A DNA stretch of 64,000 nt from an uncultured Gemmatimonadales bacterium (GTDB lineage: Bacteria; Gemmatimonadota; Gemmatimonadetes; Longimicrobiales; Longimicrobiaceae), in the NCBI GenBank assembly GCA_963716255.1, contig OY970303.1, forward strand, positions 8,064,001 through 8,128,000. Direction: 5' to 3'. The notes below the pieces were generated by a model. It worked only from the letters and a program-made list of their open reading frames with translations, was not told where the DNA came from and ran no database searches. The position numbers and the translations under genes are program-made. The stretch's first letter is position 1, and every line of letters begins with the position of its first letter. Below are positions 1 to 9,385 of this stretch, piece by piece.

Positions 1-57
1 CACGCGCGGGACAGGGCGTGGTTCTACTCGGCGTTCCACCTGGACGAGGTGACGTGA
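1..57 (+). CDS. 3' end of an upstream gene (partial; ...HARDRAWFYSAFHLDEVT*)
   Basis: Frame 1 is open from the window edge to TGA at 55-57 with GC3-rich codons; too short to assign a function. Confidence 0.5.
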   Translation, partial: HARDRAWFYSAFHLDEVT

Positions 58-72
58 GCGCGGCCCGCGGGA

Positions 73-274
73 CCCCCCTCCCCCCGGCCCCCTCCCCCGC
101 AAGGGGGGAGGGGGAGAACGACGGCGCGCTTCGGTGGGTTCCGTGGTCGGGGCCGGCCGTGGGACGCTCCTCAGACCTCCCGACACAGGTCGCAACGGCG
201 ACGACCCCGGAACGACAGGAAACCCTCCCCCAGCATCGGGGGAGGGTGGCGAGCCTGAGCGAGCCGGGTGGGGG
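73..274 (+). repeat. REP-like palindromic modules (CCCCCTCCCCC-loop-GGGGGAGGGGG; then CCCTCCCCC-N6-GGGGGAGGG-TGGCGAGCCTGAGCGAGCCGGGTG = module B)
   Basis: Hairpins at ~88-114 and 223-246; the same module recurs near 5157, 21163, 26436, 33050, 34481/35895, 41172, 51466, 52831 and 61563. Confidence 0.8.
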
Positions 275-298
275 CCCGCGGACGCCAGCGCGATGCCC

Positions 299-428
299 GC
301 GTGAGGGATTTCGGCCCGAAGGGGCGAGACCCGCGCAGTTTGCGGGGCTCGACTCCGTTGAGCAGCGTTGTCTGCTGCTCTACGGAGCCGAAGCCCGACC
401 CCGCGCCAGCGGGGGCACGCCCGAGCCC
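299..428 (+). repeat. Structured intergenic element, core copy 1
   Basis: GCGTGAGGGATTTCGGCCCGAAGGGGCGAGACCC...GACTCCGTT-GAGCAGC-GTTGTCT-GCTGCTC-TACGGAGCCGAAGCCCGACCCC...GGGGGCACGCCCGAGCCC. Confidence 0.9.
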
Positions 429-451
429 GTCCGTAAAAGAGCAGCTCGCCC

Positions 452-1870
452 GTGAGCCTCGCGGACCTGCACTCGGCGCTCCCCCCACCCGGAACGCTGG
501 GCGGCGAAACGGCACGGGCGGCGCTGGTGGCTCCGCTCTTCCTGCTGCTCTTCGGCGCGGCGGAGCTGTGGAGAAGGCTGGCGCGCCCGCCGGTGGAGTG
601 GACCCGAAAGGCCGTGCACACGGGCGGCGGCGTGATCGCGGCGGGCTTTCCCTGGATCTTCGCCTCGCACTGGACGGTGCTCGTGCTGGGAGCGGCGTTC
701 GGCGGCATCCTGTGGGGGACGCGCCGGCTGGGGATCCTCCACAGCGTGCACGGGGTGGAGCGCAGGTCCGAGGGCGGGCTGTACTACCCGCTCGCCATCT
801 ACCTGCTCTTCGTGGTCGCCGGGCGCACGCCGGTGTTCTACCTGGTGTCCATCCTGGCGCTGGTGGTCTCGGACACGGTGGCGGCGCTGGTGGGGACGCA
901 CTACGGGCGGCTCACCTTCTCGGTGGAGGGCGGGGACCGGCGCAGCCTGGAAGGCTCGGCGGTGTTCTTCCTGGCGACGTTCCTGGGCGTTCACCTGCCG
1001 CTGCTGCTGCTGACGGACACCCCGCGCGCGGAGAGCGTGCTGGTCGCCGTCCAGGTGGCGCTGATCGTCACCTTCTTCGAAGCGGTGTGCCTGTTCGGGA
1101 GCGACAACCTGGTGGTGCCGCTCACGACGTACTTCCTGCTGGTGAAGATGACGCCGCGCTCCGCGGAGTGGATCGGCGGGCAGCTGGCGGCGCAGGTCCT
1201 GTTGATCGCGGTGGTGTCGTGGGTGGCGCTGCGCTCGCGGGTGCTGACGGTGAGCGGGGCCATGTGCGCGACGCTCTTCTTCTACGGGGCGTACTCGCTG
1301 GGCGGGCCGGAGTGGCTGGCGGCGCCGGCGGCGGCGCTGGCGGGGCTGGTGTGGGTGTTCCGGCACTACGTGCGCGGCGGGCGGTCGCCCCGGGGCGACT
1401 ACCAGGTGTCGGCGGTGTTCTACAGCACGGTGGTCGCGGCGGCGCTGGTGGTGCTCAACAACGCGCTGGAAACGCTGGTCCCCTCGGCCGGGCCCGTGCT
1501 GCGCGACACGGACCCGCTGTACGGCCCCTACGTGGGGGTGCTGGCGGGGCACCTGGCGATGCTGGCGCTCACCTGGCGGGAGTCCGGCCCGGACGCGGTG
1601 CACCTCGCCAACCGGCTGCGGGCGGCGGCGCTGGGGGTGCTCGCCGTGGTGCCGTGGGGGATCGCGGTGTGGACGCGGGGGCCGCGCCCGGAAGCGGCGG
1701 CCTCGGCGGCGGCGACGGCACTTCTCGCCTTCGGGGTGTACTCGGCGCTGCGCTGGTCGCCGCGGGTGCCGCGGGGCGCCGCCTGGGAGCTGCGCCTGCA
1801 GATGCTCGCCACGCTCGCGGCGCTGGCGGTGGTCCTGCCGGTGCTCCTACGGGTGCTGACCGCGCCCTGA
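452..1870 (+). CDS. Dolichol/phytol-kinase-like (CTP-dependent polyprenol kinase / cytidylyltransferase-family) polytopic membrane protein with additional C-terminal TM region
   Basis: Motifs TRKAVH, SDTVAALVGTHYG, RSLEGS, DNLVVPL typical of the family; highly hydrophobic. Confidence 0.75.
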   Translation: MSLADLHSALPPPGTLGGETARAALVAPLFLLLFGAAELWRRLARPPVEWTRKAVHTGGGVIAAGFPWIFASHWTVLVLGAAFGGILWGTRRLGILHSVHGVERRSEGGLYYPLAIYLLFVVAGRTPVFYLVSILALVVSDTVAALVGTHYGRLTFSVEGGDRRSLEGSAVFFLATFLGVHLPLLLLTDTPRAESVLVAVQVALIVTFFEAVCLFGSDNLVVPLTTYFLLVKMTPRSAEWIGGQLAAQVLLIAVVSWVALRSRVLTVSGAMCATLFFYGAYSLGGPEWLAAPAAALAGLVWVFRHYVRGGRSPRGDYQVSAVFYSTVVAAALVVLNNALETLVPSAGPVLRDTDPLYGPYVGVLAGHLAMLALTWRESGPDAVHLANRLRAAALGVLAVVPWGIAVWTRGPRPEAAASAAATALLAFGVYSALRWSPRVPRGAAWELRLQMLATLAALAVVLPVLLRVLTAP

Positions 1871-1956
1871 CGCAGTTGTGGGCTACGTGCTCGCCCAAGC
1901 GAATAAATCGCGAGATTTCGATTCAGAGCTAATCCGCCACGTGGAGAGATGTCACC

Positions 1957-2187
1957 GTGAAAAAGAGCACTATCATCGCCACCTGTCTGGTGAATTCGAA
2001 TATGGTCAGTCAACTTGAGGATGCTGAACAGTCGGTTCAGCAGGTCTTTCGATCCGAGTTCCCGAATGCGAGCTACGCCGACTGGAACCAAGATCTGGAT
2101 GAACCAACCTCTGAAAAAGTGATCAGTGCGGTTGGCCGGGCTTCGCAAATCAACGTTCGAAAGTTCATCGAGGACCTGTGGGATTGA
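1957..2187 (+). CDS. Small hypothetical protein (76 aa), low GC
   Basis: GTG start with GGAGA SD; markedly AT-richer than flanking genes. Confidence 0.6.
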   Translation: MKKSTIIATCLVNSNMVSQLEDAEQSVQQVFRSEFPNASYADWNQDLDEPTSEKVISAVGRASQINVRKFIEDLWD

Positions 2188-2250
2188 GACAGTCATCCTG
2201 TTCGACAGCGTCAACCCTCCAGCCAGTGTAGAAGGACAGCAGACACCCCC

Positions 2251-3306
2251 ATGACCCTCCGGATCGAGCACTTCACCGCCCCAAACCCGCGCACGGGCGA
2301 CTTCGCCGCGGTGCGCGAGGCGATCGTGTACCCCGGCCCGGACGACGATTTGCCGGCGGGCGCGGAGTGCCTGGTGGCGTACGACGCGGGGCGGCCGGTC
2401 GCGCGGCTGGCGGCGGCGATCGCGCCGGGGCTGCACGGCGCGCCGGGGCCGTCCGGGCTGGTGGGGTGGTACGAGGCGCTGGACGACGGGGCGGGCGCGG
2501 CCCTGCTCGCGCGGGCGGGGGAGGTGCTGGCGGAGCGCGGGGCCGTGCGCGTGCTGGGCCCGATGAACGGCAGCACCTGGAAGCGCTACCGCGTGGCCCT
2601 GCCCCCGGGCCCCGGCGAGCCCGTCCGGACGCCGTTCCTGACGGAGCCGGTCAACCCGCCCGACTACCCGTCGCACTTCCTGGCCGCCGGCTACGCCGTG
2701 GCCGCGGAGTACGAGAGCCGCGCCGCCCTCCTCGCGCCGGACGCCCCGGCGGCCGTGGGTGGCGTGCCCCCCCTCCCGGACGGGATCCGCATCGCTCCGC
2801 TGGACCCGGCGCGCTTCGACGACACGCTCCGGGAGATCTTCGACCTGAGCGCGGCGGCGTTCGCGGACAACCTGTTCTACACGCCCATCGCCTTCGCGGA
2901 GTTCGCGGCGGCGTACCTCCGGGTGAGGCCGCTCCTGGACCCGGAGCTGGTGCGCCTCGCCCGCGGCGCGGACGGGCGGCTGCTCGCCTTCGTGTTCGCC
3001 TTCCCGGACCCGTTCGACCGCGTGCCGGACGCCATCCGCGCCGCCCCGGCCGCGTCCGGCGGCGCGCCGCGGCCCCGTCCCCGCGGCCTGCGCGTGGTCC
3101 TGAAGACGCTTGCGACGGCGCCGGAGGCGCGCGGGCTCGGCCTGGGCGGGCGCCTGTCGGCGGAAGTGCACCGCATCGCGCTGGAGCGCGGCGCGCCGTC
3201 GGTGGTGCACGCGCTGATGCAGGTGGACAACGCCTCCACGCACATCTCCGGGCGTCTGCGCGGCGAGCCGTTCCGCCGCTACGCGCTGTACGATTGGACG
3301 CCGTGA
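2251..3306 (+). CDS. GNAT-fold (double-domain) acyltransferase-like protein
   Basis: VGWYEALDD, VLGPMNGSTW, EPVNPPDYP and C-terminal acetyl-CoA motif LKTLATAPEARGLGLG. Confidence 0.75.
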   Translation: MTLRIEHFTAPNPRTGDFAAVREAIVYPGPDDDLPAGAECLVAYDAGRPVARLAAAIAPGLHGAPGPSGLVGWYEALDDGAGAALLARAGEVLAERGAVRVLGPMNGSTWKRYRVALPPGPGEPVRTPFLTEPVNPPDYPSHFLAAGYAVAAEYESRAALLAPDAPAAVGGVPPLPDGIRIAPLDPARFDDTLREIFDLSAAAFADNLFYTPIAFAEFAAAYLRVRPLLDPELVRLARGADGRLLAFVFAFPDPFDRVPDAIRAAPAASGGAPRPRPRGLRVVLKTLATAPEARGLGLGGRLSAEVHRIALERGAPSVVHALMQVDNASTHISGRLRGEPFRRYALYDWTP

Positions 3307-4895
3307 GCCTGGAGGAAGGAAACAACCCCAGCGTCGCCGCGCGGCTGGCGGAGCGGGCCGCGCTGCACCCGGGGCGGGCCGCCATCGTGGAGTACTCGGG
3401 CGGCCGGCCGCGGCGCATCAGCTTCGGGGGGCTGGCGGAGCGGGTGGCGGCGCTCTCGGCGGGGATGCGGGAGGCGGGGATCGGGGCGGGGGACCGGGTG
3501 CTGCTGTTCGTCCCCATGTCCATAGACCTGTACGTGGCGCTGCTGGCGACGCTGCACGCCGGCGGCGTCGCCGTGTTCCTGGACGCGTGGGCCGGCCGCG
3601 AGCGCCTGGACGCGGCCGTGGCCGCCGCCCGCCCCAGGGCCTTCATCGGCTCGCCGCGCGCCCACCTCCTCCGCTTCCTCAGCCCCGCCGTGCGCGCGGT
3701 GCCGGTGAAGTGGATCGCCGGGCGCGGCTGGCCCCGCCTGGCGATCCACGAGCGCCGGGGCGCCGCCGCACCCGCCGCCGCCGCAGGCCCCGACGATCCC
3801 GCGCTGGTCACCTTCACCACCGGGAGCACGGGCCGGCCCAAGGGCGCCGTCCGCTCGCACGGCTTCCTGTGGGCGCAGCACCGCGCCCTCGCCGCGCACC
3901 TGCGGCTGGCGGAGCAGGACGTGGACATGCCGACGCTGCCGGTGTTCGTGCTCAACAACCTGGCGGGCGGGACGACGAGCGTGATCCCGGACTTCGACCC
4001 GCGGCGCCCGGCGGAGATCGACCCGGAAACCATCCTGCGGCAGGTGCGCGCGGAGGGCGTGACCACCTCCAGCGGCTCGCCGGCGTTCTACCAGCGGCTC
4101 GCCGGGTGGTGCGCGGAGCGGGGGGCGGAGCTCCCCCTGCGCGCCCTGTGGACGGGCGGCGCCCCCGTATACCCGCCGCTCGCGCGGCTGCTGGCGGACA
4201 CCACGGCGGGCGAGGCGCACGTGGTGTACGGCAGCACCGAGGCGGAGCCGGTCGCGGGGATCGAGGCGCGGGCGATGCTGGCGGCGATGGAGCGGGGCGG
4301 GGAAGGGATCTGCGTGGGCGCGCCGGTGCCGGAGGTCGCGCTGCGCATCCTGCGCCCGCACGACGGGCCCGTGGAGCTGGGGCCGCGCGGCTGGGCGGAG
4401 TGGGACGCCGCCCCGGGCGAGACCGGCGAGGTGGCCGTCGCGGGGGACCACGTGCTCGCCGGGTACCTGGACGACCCCGCCGCGGACCTCGCGAACAAGG
4501 TGCGCGACGGCGGCCGCGTCTGGCACCGCACCGGCGACGCCGCGCGCCTGGACGCCGAGGGCCGCCTGTGGCTGATGGGCCGCGTGGGCCAGCGCGTGGT
4601 GCGCGCCGGCGAGACGTGGTGGAGCACCCCCGCGGAGGTGCGGGCGCTGGACGCGCCCGGGGTGCGCCACGCCGCCTACCTGGGCCTCCCCGACGCGGCG
4701 CTCGGCATGCGCGCCGTCCTGTACGTGGAGACGCAGGGCGGCCGCCTGGACGATGCGGAGCGCGCCGCGATCCTGGAGCGCCTCGGCCCCATCCCGGTGG
4801 ACGAGCTGCGCGCGCTCCCGCGCATCCCCCGCGACCCGCGGCACGCGTCGAAGACGGATACAACCGCGCTCCGGCGCCTGCTTGCCGGTACCTGA
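3303..4895 (+). CDS. AMP-dependent ligase/synthetase (ANL superfamily, OleC-like subgroup)
   Basis: LVTFTTGSTGRPKG, YGSTEAEP, HRTGD, C-terminal DPRHASK; GTG start overlaps the upstream TGA. Confidence 0.85.
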   Translation: MSLEEGNNPSVAARLAERAALHPGRAAIVEYSGGRPRRISFGGLAERVAALSAGMREAGIGAGDRVLLFVPMSIDLYVALLATLHAGGVAVFLDAWAGRERLDAAVAAARPRAFIGSPRAHLLRFLSPAVRAVPVKWIAGRGWPRLAIHERRGAAAPAAAAGPDDPALVTFTTGSTGRPKGAVRSHGFLWAQHRALAAHLRLAEQDVDMPTLPVFVLNNLAGGTTSVIPDFDPRRPAEIDPETILRQVRAEGVTTSSGSPAFYQRLAGWCAERGAELPLRALWTGGAPVYPPLARLLADTTAGEAHVVYGSTEAEPVAGIEARAMLAAMERGGEGICVGAPVPEVALRILRPHDGPVELGPRGWAEWDAAPGETGEVAVAGDHVLAGYLDDPAADLANKVRDGGRVWHRTGDAARLDAEGRLWLMGRVGQRVVRAGETWWSTPAEVRALDAPGVRHAAYLGLPDAALGMRAVLYVETQGGRLDDAERAAILERLGPIPVDELRALPRIPRDPRHASKTDTTALRRLLAGT

Positions 4896-5156
4896 CCGGG
4901 CGACTCGCCACCGAATCGCCGCCGCATCCGCATGGCTCCCGCGTCGGTTCCCAAACGGGAACACCCGGCGACGGCAGAACGGGACCCGCGCACTCCTGCG
5001 TGGGCCCCTTCCGCACGTCCGAATCTCCTGCCGCGGAACGCTTTCCGCCGTTCTCCGCCGTTCTGGAAAGACGCTCCTCGGGGTCCGCAACGCGGGGATT
5101 GACGCTTCCTGGCCCCCGCCTATCTTTCGATATCCCAAAGAGAAGCGCGAACCCGC

Positions 5157-5213
5157 GGCCCTCACCCGGCTCGCTTGAGGCTCGCCACCCTCTCCCAGTT
5201 CTGGGAGAGGGGG
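5157..5213 (-). repeat. REP-like module B (inverted)
   Basis: GGCCCTCACCCGGCTCGCTTGAGGCTCGCCACCCTCTCCCAGTTCTGGGAGAGGG closely matches the reverse complement of the 51466-51520 module. Confidence 0.85.
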
Positions 5214-5314
5214 CAACTGCGGGACTCCGTGCAGTCTTCCCCTCCCTCGCTTGCGGGGGAGGGGCGGCGCGCGGCGCCGGGGTGGGGGCCCCCCGCGGAC
5301 GCCAGCGCGATGCC

Positions 5315-5447
5315 GCGTGAGGGATTTCGGCCCGAAGGGGCGAGACCCCGCGCAGTTTGCGGGGGCTCGACTCCGTTAAGCACGGTAGTATCGTGCTTTA
5401 CGGAGCCGAAGCCCGACCCCGGCGCAGCCGGGGGCACGCCCGAGCCC
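5315..5447 (+). repeat. Structured intergenic element, core copy 2
   Basis: Same scaffold; variable stem AAGCACG-GTAGTAT-CGTGCTT. Confidence 0.9.
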
Positions 5448-5518
5448 GCAGTCCGAAGCCGTTGCCGTTGAAGTCGAAGTCGCCCGCCGTATCCCGACAC
5501 AAAGAACGACTAAGGCCC

Positions 5519-5893
5519 GTGAAGCGCATCCTGCTGGTAGACGACGAGGACGACGTCCGCGAGGTGGCCCAGCTCAGCCTGGAAATGGTGGGCGGCTGGG
5601 AAGTGCTCGCCGCCACCTGCGGCGAGGAAGCCGTGCGGCGCGCCGCGGCCGAGCACCCGGACGCCATCCTCCTGGACGTGATGATGCCGGAGATGGACGG
5701 CCCGGCCACGTTCCGCGCGCTCCAGGCCAACGCCGCCACCAGCGCCATCCCCGTGCTGCTGCTCACCGCCAAGACCCGCTCCGCCGACCTGGAGCGCTTC
5801 GCCCTGCTGGGCGTGGCGGGCGTGCTGTCCAAGCCCTTCGATCCGCTCACCCTGGCCCGCGACGTCTCCGGCGCGCTGGGCTGGGACGCCTGA
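5519..5893 (+). CDS. Single-domain response regulator (CheY-like REC)
   Basis: ILLVDDE, ILLDVMMPEMDG, LLTAK, SKPF; GTG start. Confidence 0.9.
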   Translation: MKRILLVDDEDDVREVAQLSLEMVGGWEVLAATCGEEAVRRAAAEHPDAILLDVMMPEMDGPATFRALQANAATSAIPVLLLTAKTRSADLERFALLGVAGVLSKPFDPLTLARDVSGALGWDA

Positions 5894-5921
5894 CCCCGCC
5901 CTCCGCAAAGCAGCAGGTCCA

Positions 5922-8339
5922 TTGTCCGGAGTCCTCGTAGCCGGCCTTCCCGCTCCCGTAGTCGAATGGCTCGCGGGGCGGCTTCCCGGCGTTCCCGTGC
6001 AGTCCGTGGAGGGCGGCCGCGCCGTCCTCGGCGCCCTCACCGGCCGCGGCTGGTCGCTTCTGGTGCTGGACGCCGGGATCACGGACCTCCCCGCCGTCGA
6101 CGCGCTCCGCAGCGTGCGCGTGTTCCCCGAGGGGCGCTCCATCCCCGTGCTCTTCTGCGCGCGCGGGCGCCTGGACGCCGACGCGGCGCAGACGCTGGTG
6201 GGCACCCTGGGGGTCAACCACCTCCTCTACCACCCGCTGGACCGCGACGAACTGCTCCGGCACGTGGCGGCCATCCTGGGCGTGGACCCGCTCCCGGAGC
6301 CGGCGGAGGCCCCGGCCGCGCAGCTGGGGGCGGCGGTGGCGGCGCTGTGGGACAAGTTCCGCGACACCATCTTCGCGCGCGTGGACGCGGTGGAGGAGGC
6401 GGCGCTCGCCCTGCTGGAGGGGAAGCTGGACGACGAGACGCGCCGCGGCGCCGAGCGCGAGGCGCACAAGCTGGCCGGGGCGGCGGGGTCGTTCGGCTTC
6501 GCGGACGCGTCGCGGCTGGCGCGCGAGGCGGAGGGGATCCTGGGCGGCGACGCGCCCGCCCCCGCGCAGGCGCTGCGGCTCAGTGAGCTGGCGGTGGGGC
6601 TGCGCGCGGTGCTGGAGCGGGGCCCGGCCCCCGCGCCCGAGCCCGCGCGCACCCACGCCACCGACGACCGCCCCTTCCTGCTGGTGGTGGACGCCGACCG
6701 CGACATGGCGGACCGCCTGGCGATCGAGGCGGGCGGGCGGCAGTTCCGCACGGAGGTGGCAGCGGGCGTGTCCCAGGCGCGCCGGGTTCTCACCCGGCAG
6801 CGCCCGGACGTGGTGCTCCTGGACCTGTCGCTGGAGGAAAGCCTCCCGGTGGGGCTGGACTTCCTGGCCGAGCTGTCGCGCCGCGAGCCGCCGATCCCCG
6901 CGGTGGTCCTCACCGCCCGCACCGACTTCACCGACCGGGTGGAGGTGGCGCGGCGCGGCGGGCGCGGCTTCCTGCAGAAGCCGGTGGCCCCCCGGCAGGC
7001 GGTGGACGCCGTGGCGGGGGTGCTGCGCGAGCGCACCCCGGCGGACACCCACCTGCTCGCGGTGGACGACGACCCGGCGGTGCTGGGCGCGGTGCGCGCC
7101 CTGCTGGAGCCGCGCGGCATCCGCGTCACCACGCTGGACGACCCGCTGCGCTTCTGGGAGACGCTGGAGCAGACCGCGCCGGACGTGCTGGTGCTGGACG
7201 TGGACATGCCCCACCTGGGCGGGCTGGAGCTGTGCCGCGTGGTCCGCGCGGACCCGCGCTGGACGGGGATCCCCGTGCTCTTCCTGACCGCCCGCACCGA
7301 CGCGGACACGGTGCAGCGGGTGTTCGCGGCGGGCGCGGACGACTTCGTCACCAAGCCGTTCGTGGGGCCGGAGCTGGTCACCCGCCTCACCAACCGGCTC
7401 GACCGGGTGCAGCTCCACCGCACCCTCGCCGAGACCGATCCGCTCACCGGGCTCGCCAACCGGCGCAAGTCCGAGGAGGTGGCGCAGCACTTCCTCCGCC
7501 TGGCCGCCCGCAAGGAGCAGCCGTTCTCGCTGGCGGTCATCGACCTGGACCACTTCAAGGCGGTCAACGACCGGGCGGGGCACGCCGCCGGCGACGAGGT
7601 GCTGCAGCGCATCGCCCGCCTGCTGCTGCGCTCCTTCCGGGCGGAGGACGTGGTGGCGCGCTGGGGCGGCGAGGAGTTCGTGATCGGGATGTTCGGGATG
7701 GAGAAGGGGGCGGGGGTGCAGCGGCTCACCCAGGTGCTCGGGCGCTTCTCGCAGGAGCGCTTCGACGGGCCGGACGGCGAGGAGTTCTCGGTGACCTTCA
7801 GCGCCGGGATCGCCGAGTTCCCCCGCGACGGCCGCGAGCTCCCCGACCTGTACCGCCTCGCCGACCAGGCGCTGTACCAGGCCAAGGAGGAGGGGAGGGC
7901 CCGGGTGTGCGCGGCGGGGTGGAGCACGGACGCGCAGCCCGACGCCCCCACGGTGGACGTGCTGCTGGTGGACGACGACCCGGCGCTCGCCGGGCTCCTG
8001 CTGCACGCCCTGGAAACGCGCGGCTTCCGCACCCAGTGGCTGCAGGACGGCGAGGCGGCGGTGGAGGCGCTGGCCGGCGAGCACCCGGCGCTGCGCGCCC
8101 GGGTGGTGCTGCTGGACGTGGACCTTCCGGGGCTGGACGGGGTGGGGGTGCTGCGCGCCCTCGGCGCCGCGGGGGTGCTGGCGCGCACCCGGGTGGTGAT
8201 GCTCACCGCCCGCTCCAGCGAGGCGGAAACGCTGAAGACGCTGGAGCTGGACGCCTTCGACCACGTGGCAAAGCCGTTCAGCATCCCCGTGCTGCTGCAG
8301 CGCATCCGCCGCGCGCTGGGCACCCGGCGCCCCACGTGA
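5922..8339 (+). CDS. Multidomain diguanylate cyclase response regulator (REC-like, Hpt, REC, REC, GGDEF, REC)
   Basis: Hpt motif AHKLAGAAGSFG; several REC motifs; DPLTGLANRR, DLDHFKAVNDRAGH, RAED I-site and GGEEF. Confidence 0.9.
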   Translation: MSGVLVAGLPAPVVEWLAGRLPGVPVQSVEGGRAVLGALTGRGWSLLVLDAGITDLPAVDALRSVRVFPEGRSIPVLFCARGRLDADAAQTLVGTLGVNHLLYHPLDRDELLRHVAAILGVDPLPEPAEAPAAQLGAAVAALWDKFRDTIFARVDAVEEAALALLEGKLDDETRRGAEREAHKLAGAAGSFGFADASRLAREAEGILGGDAPAPAQALRLSELAVGLRAVLERGPAPAPEPARTHATDDRPFLLVVDADRDMADRLAIEAGGRQFRTEVAAGVSQARRVLTRQRPDVVLLDLSLEESLPVGLDFLAELSRREPPIPAVVLTARTDFTDRVEVARRGGRGFLQKPVAPRQAVDAVAGVLRERTPADTHLLAVDDDPAVLGAVRALLEPRGIRVTTLDDPLRFWETLEQTAPDVLVLDVDMPHLGGLELCRVVRADPRWTGIPVLFLTARTDADTVQRVFAAGADDFVTKPFVGPELVTRLTNRLDRVQLHRTLAETDPLTGLANRRKSEEVAQHFLRLAARKEQPFSLAVIDLDHFKAVNDRAGHAAGDEVLQRIARLLLRSFRAEDVVARWGGEEFVIGMFGMEKGAGVQRLTQVLGRFSQERFDGPDGEEFSVTFSAGIAEFPRDGRELPDLYRLADQALYQAKEEGRARVCAAGWSTDAQPDAPTVDVLLVDDDPALAGLLLHALETRGFRTQWLQDGEAAVEALAGEHPALRARVVLLDVDLPGLDGVGVLRALGAAGVLARTRVVMLTARSSEAETLKTLELDAFDHVAKPFSIPVLLQRIRRALGTRRPT

Positions 8340-9385
8340 TCTCCACGGGGCTCCTCCAGGGGGCGCTGCTGGTGCTGGCGGTGCTCTTCGCCGGGGCGAC
8401 GGCCGTGCTCTTCGGGCACGGGGCCTGGCTGGCGGCGGCGCGCCGGGGGAGCGCGCGCCGGCTGGACCGGGGCCGCGCGGCGCTGCGGACGCTGCTGGAC
8501 GCCCCCGTCCCCGCGCGCGCCGACCTGGAGGCGCTCGGCGCCCTGCGGACGCGGCTCCTCGTGCGGCTGGTGGTGGAGCTGGGCCCCAGCCTGTCCGGGG
8601 AGCGGCGGACGCGGCTGGTGGGCGTGGCTCGCGAGCTGGGGCTCCTCGCCGCCGCCGAGGGGCTGTGCGCGAGCCGCTTCTGGTGGCGGCGCCTGCGCGG
8701 CGTGCGCCTGCTGTCCGCGATGGGCGCGGGGGACGCCGTGGTCCCGCCGCTGCTGGACGACCCCAACCCCGCCGTGCGCGCCGACGCCGCGGAGTGGGCC
8801 GCCGCCCACCCGGAACCCGCGGTGGTCCGGCTCCTCCTGGAGCGTCTTGCCGACGCCTCCGGCCTGGCCCGCTTCGCGGTGCAGGACTCGCTGATCCGCA
8901 TGGGCCCCGCCGTCTCCGTCCCCCTCCTCGAGTTCCTGGAGAACGGCCGCGGCCCCGCGCTCGCCCCCGCGCTGCGGGTGGCCGCCGGGGTGGCGGACGC
9001 GCGCTTCCTCCCCGCGGCCCTGTGGCTGTGCACGCACGGGCACCCGGGGGTGCGAGCCCGCGCCGCCGAGCTGGTGGGCGCGGCCGGGGGCGCGACCGGG
9101 GTGGACGTGCTCACGGGCCTGCTGGCGGACAACGAGGCGGGGGTCCGCGAAGCGGCGGTGCGCTCCCTGGGCGCCATGGGCCACTGGCCCGCGGGCCCCG
9201 CCGTCGCCCGGCTGCTGGGCGACCGCGCGTGGGAGGTGCGGCGCGCCGCCGGGCTGGCGCTGCGCGGGCTGGGCGGCCCCGGGCAGCTCCTCCTCCGCCG
9301 CGCCCTGGCCGACGCGGACCCCTTCGCCGCGGACATGGCCCGCCAGGTCCTGGACCTCCCCGGCGGCGCGGGAGGCGCCCCGTGA
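8336..9385 (+). CDS. Membrane-anchored HEAT-repeat protein
   Basis: N-terminal TM segment followed by repeats such as LLDDPNPAVRADAA, LADNEAGVREAAVRSLG, LGDRAWEVRRAAGLAL; GTG overlaps the upstream TGA. Confidence 0.85.
   Translation: MISTGLLQGALLVLAVLFAGATAVLFGHGAWLAAARRGSARRLDRGRAALRTLLDAPVPARADLEALGALRTRLLVRLVVELGPSLSGERRTRLVGVARELGLLAAAEGLCASRFWWRRLRGVRLLSAMGAGDAVVPPLLDDPNPAVRADAAEWAAAHPEPAVVRLLLERLADASGLARFAVQDSLIRMGPAVSVPLLEFLENGRGPALAPALRVAAGVADARFLPAALWLCTHGHPGVRARAAELVGAAGGATGVDVLTGLLADNEAGVREAAVRSLGAMGHWPAGPAVARLLGDRAWEVRRAAGLALRGLGGPGQLLLRRALADADPFAADMARQVLDLPGGAGGAP

Noticed and set aside
299..428. Element as a tRNA or tmRNA
   Set aside because: Despite the multi-stem shape and 7-nt loop, there is no T-arm GTTCRA motif, D-loop or CCA end, and the length is ~135 nt.
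268..451. Repeat-derived ORFs (RDFGPKGRD...TEPKPDP; ...RGRASAP) seen at many copies
   Set aside because: Open frames are expected in very GC-rich DNA, the copies differ by frame-shifting indels, and variation follows base-pairing rather than codons.
4896..5156. Possible sRNA or ORF in the intergenic region after the AMP ligase
   Set aside because: Only a short tandem TCCGCCGTTC duplication is visible; no convincing ORF, promoter or conserved structure.
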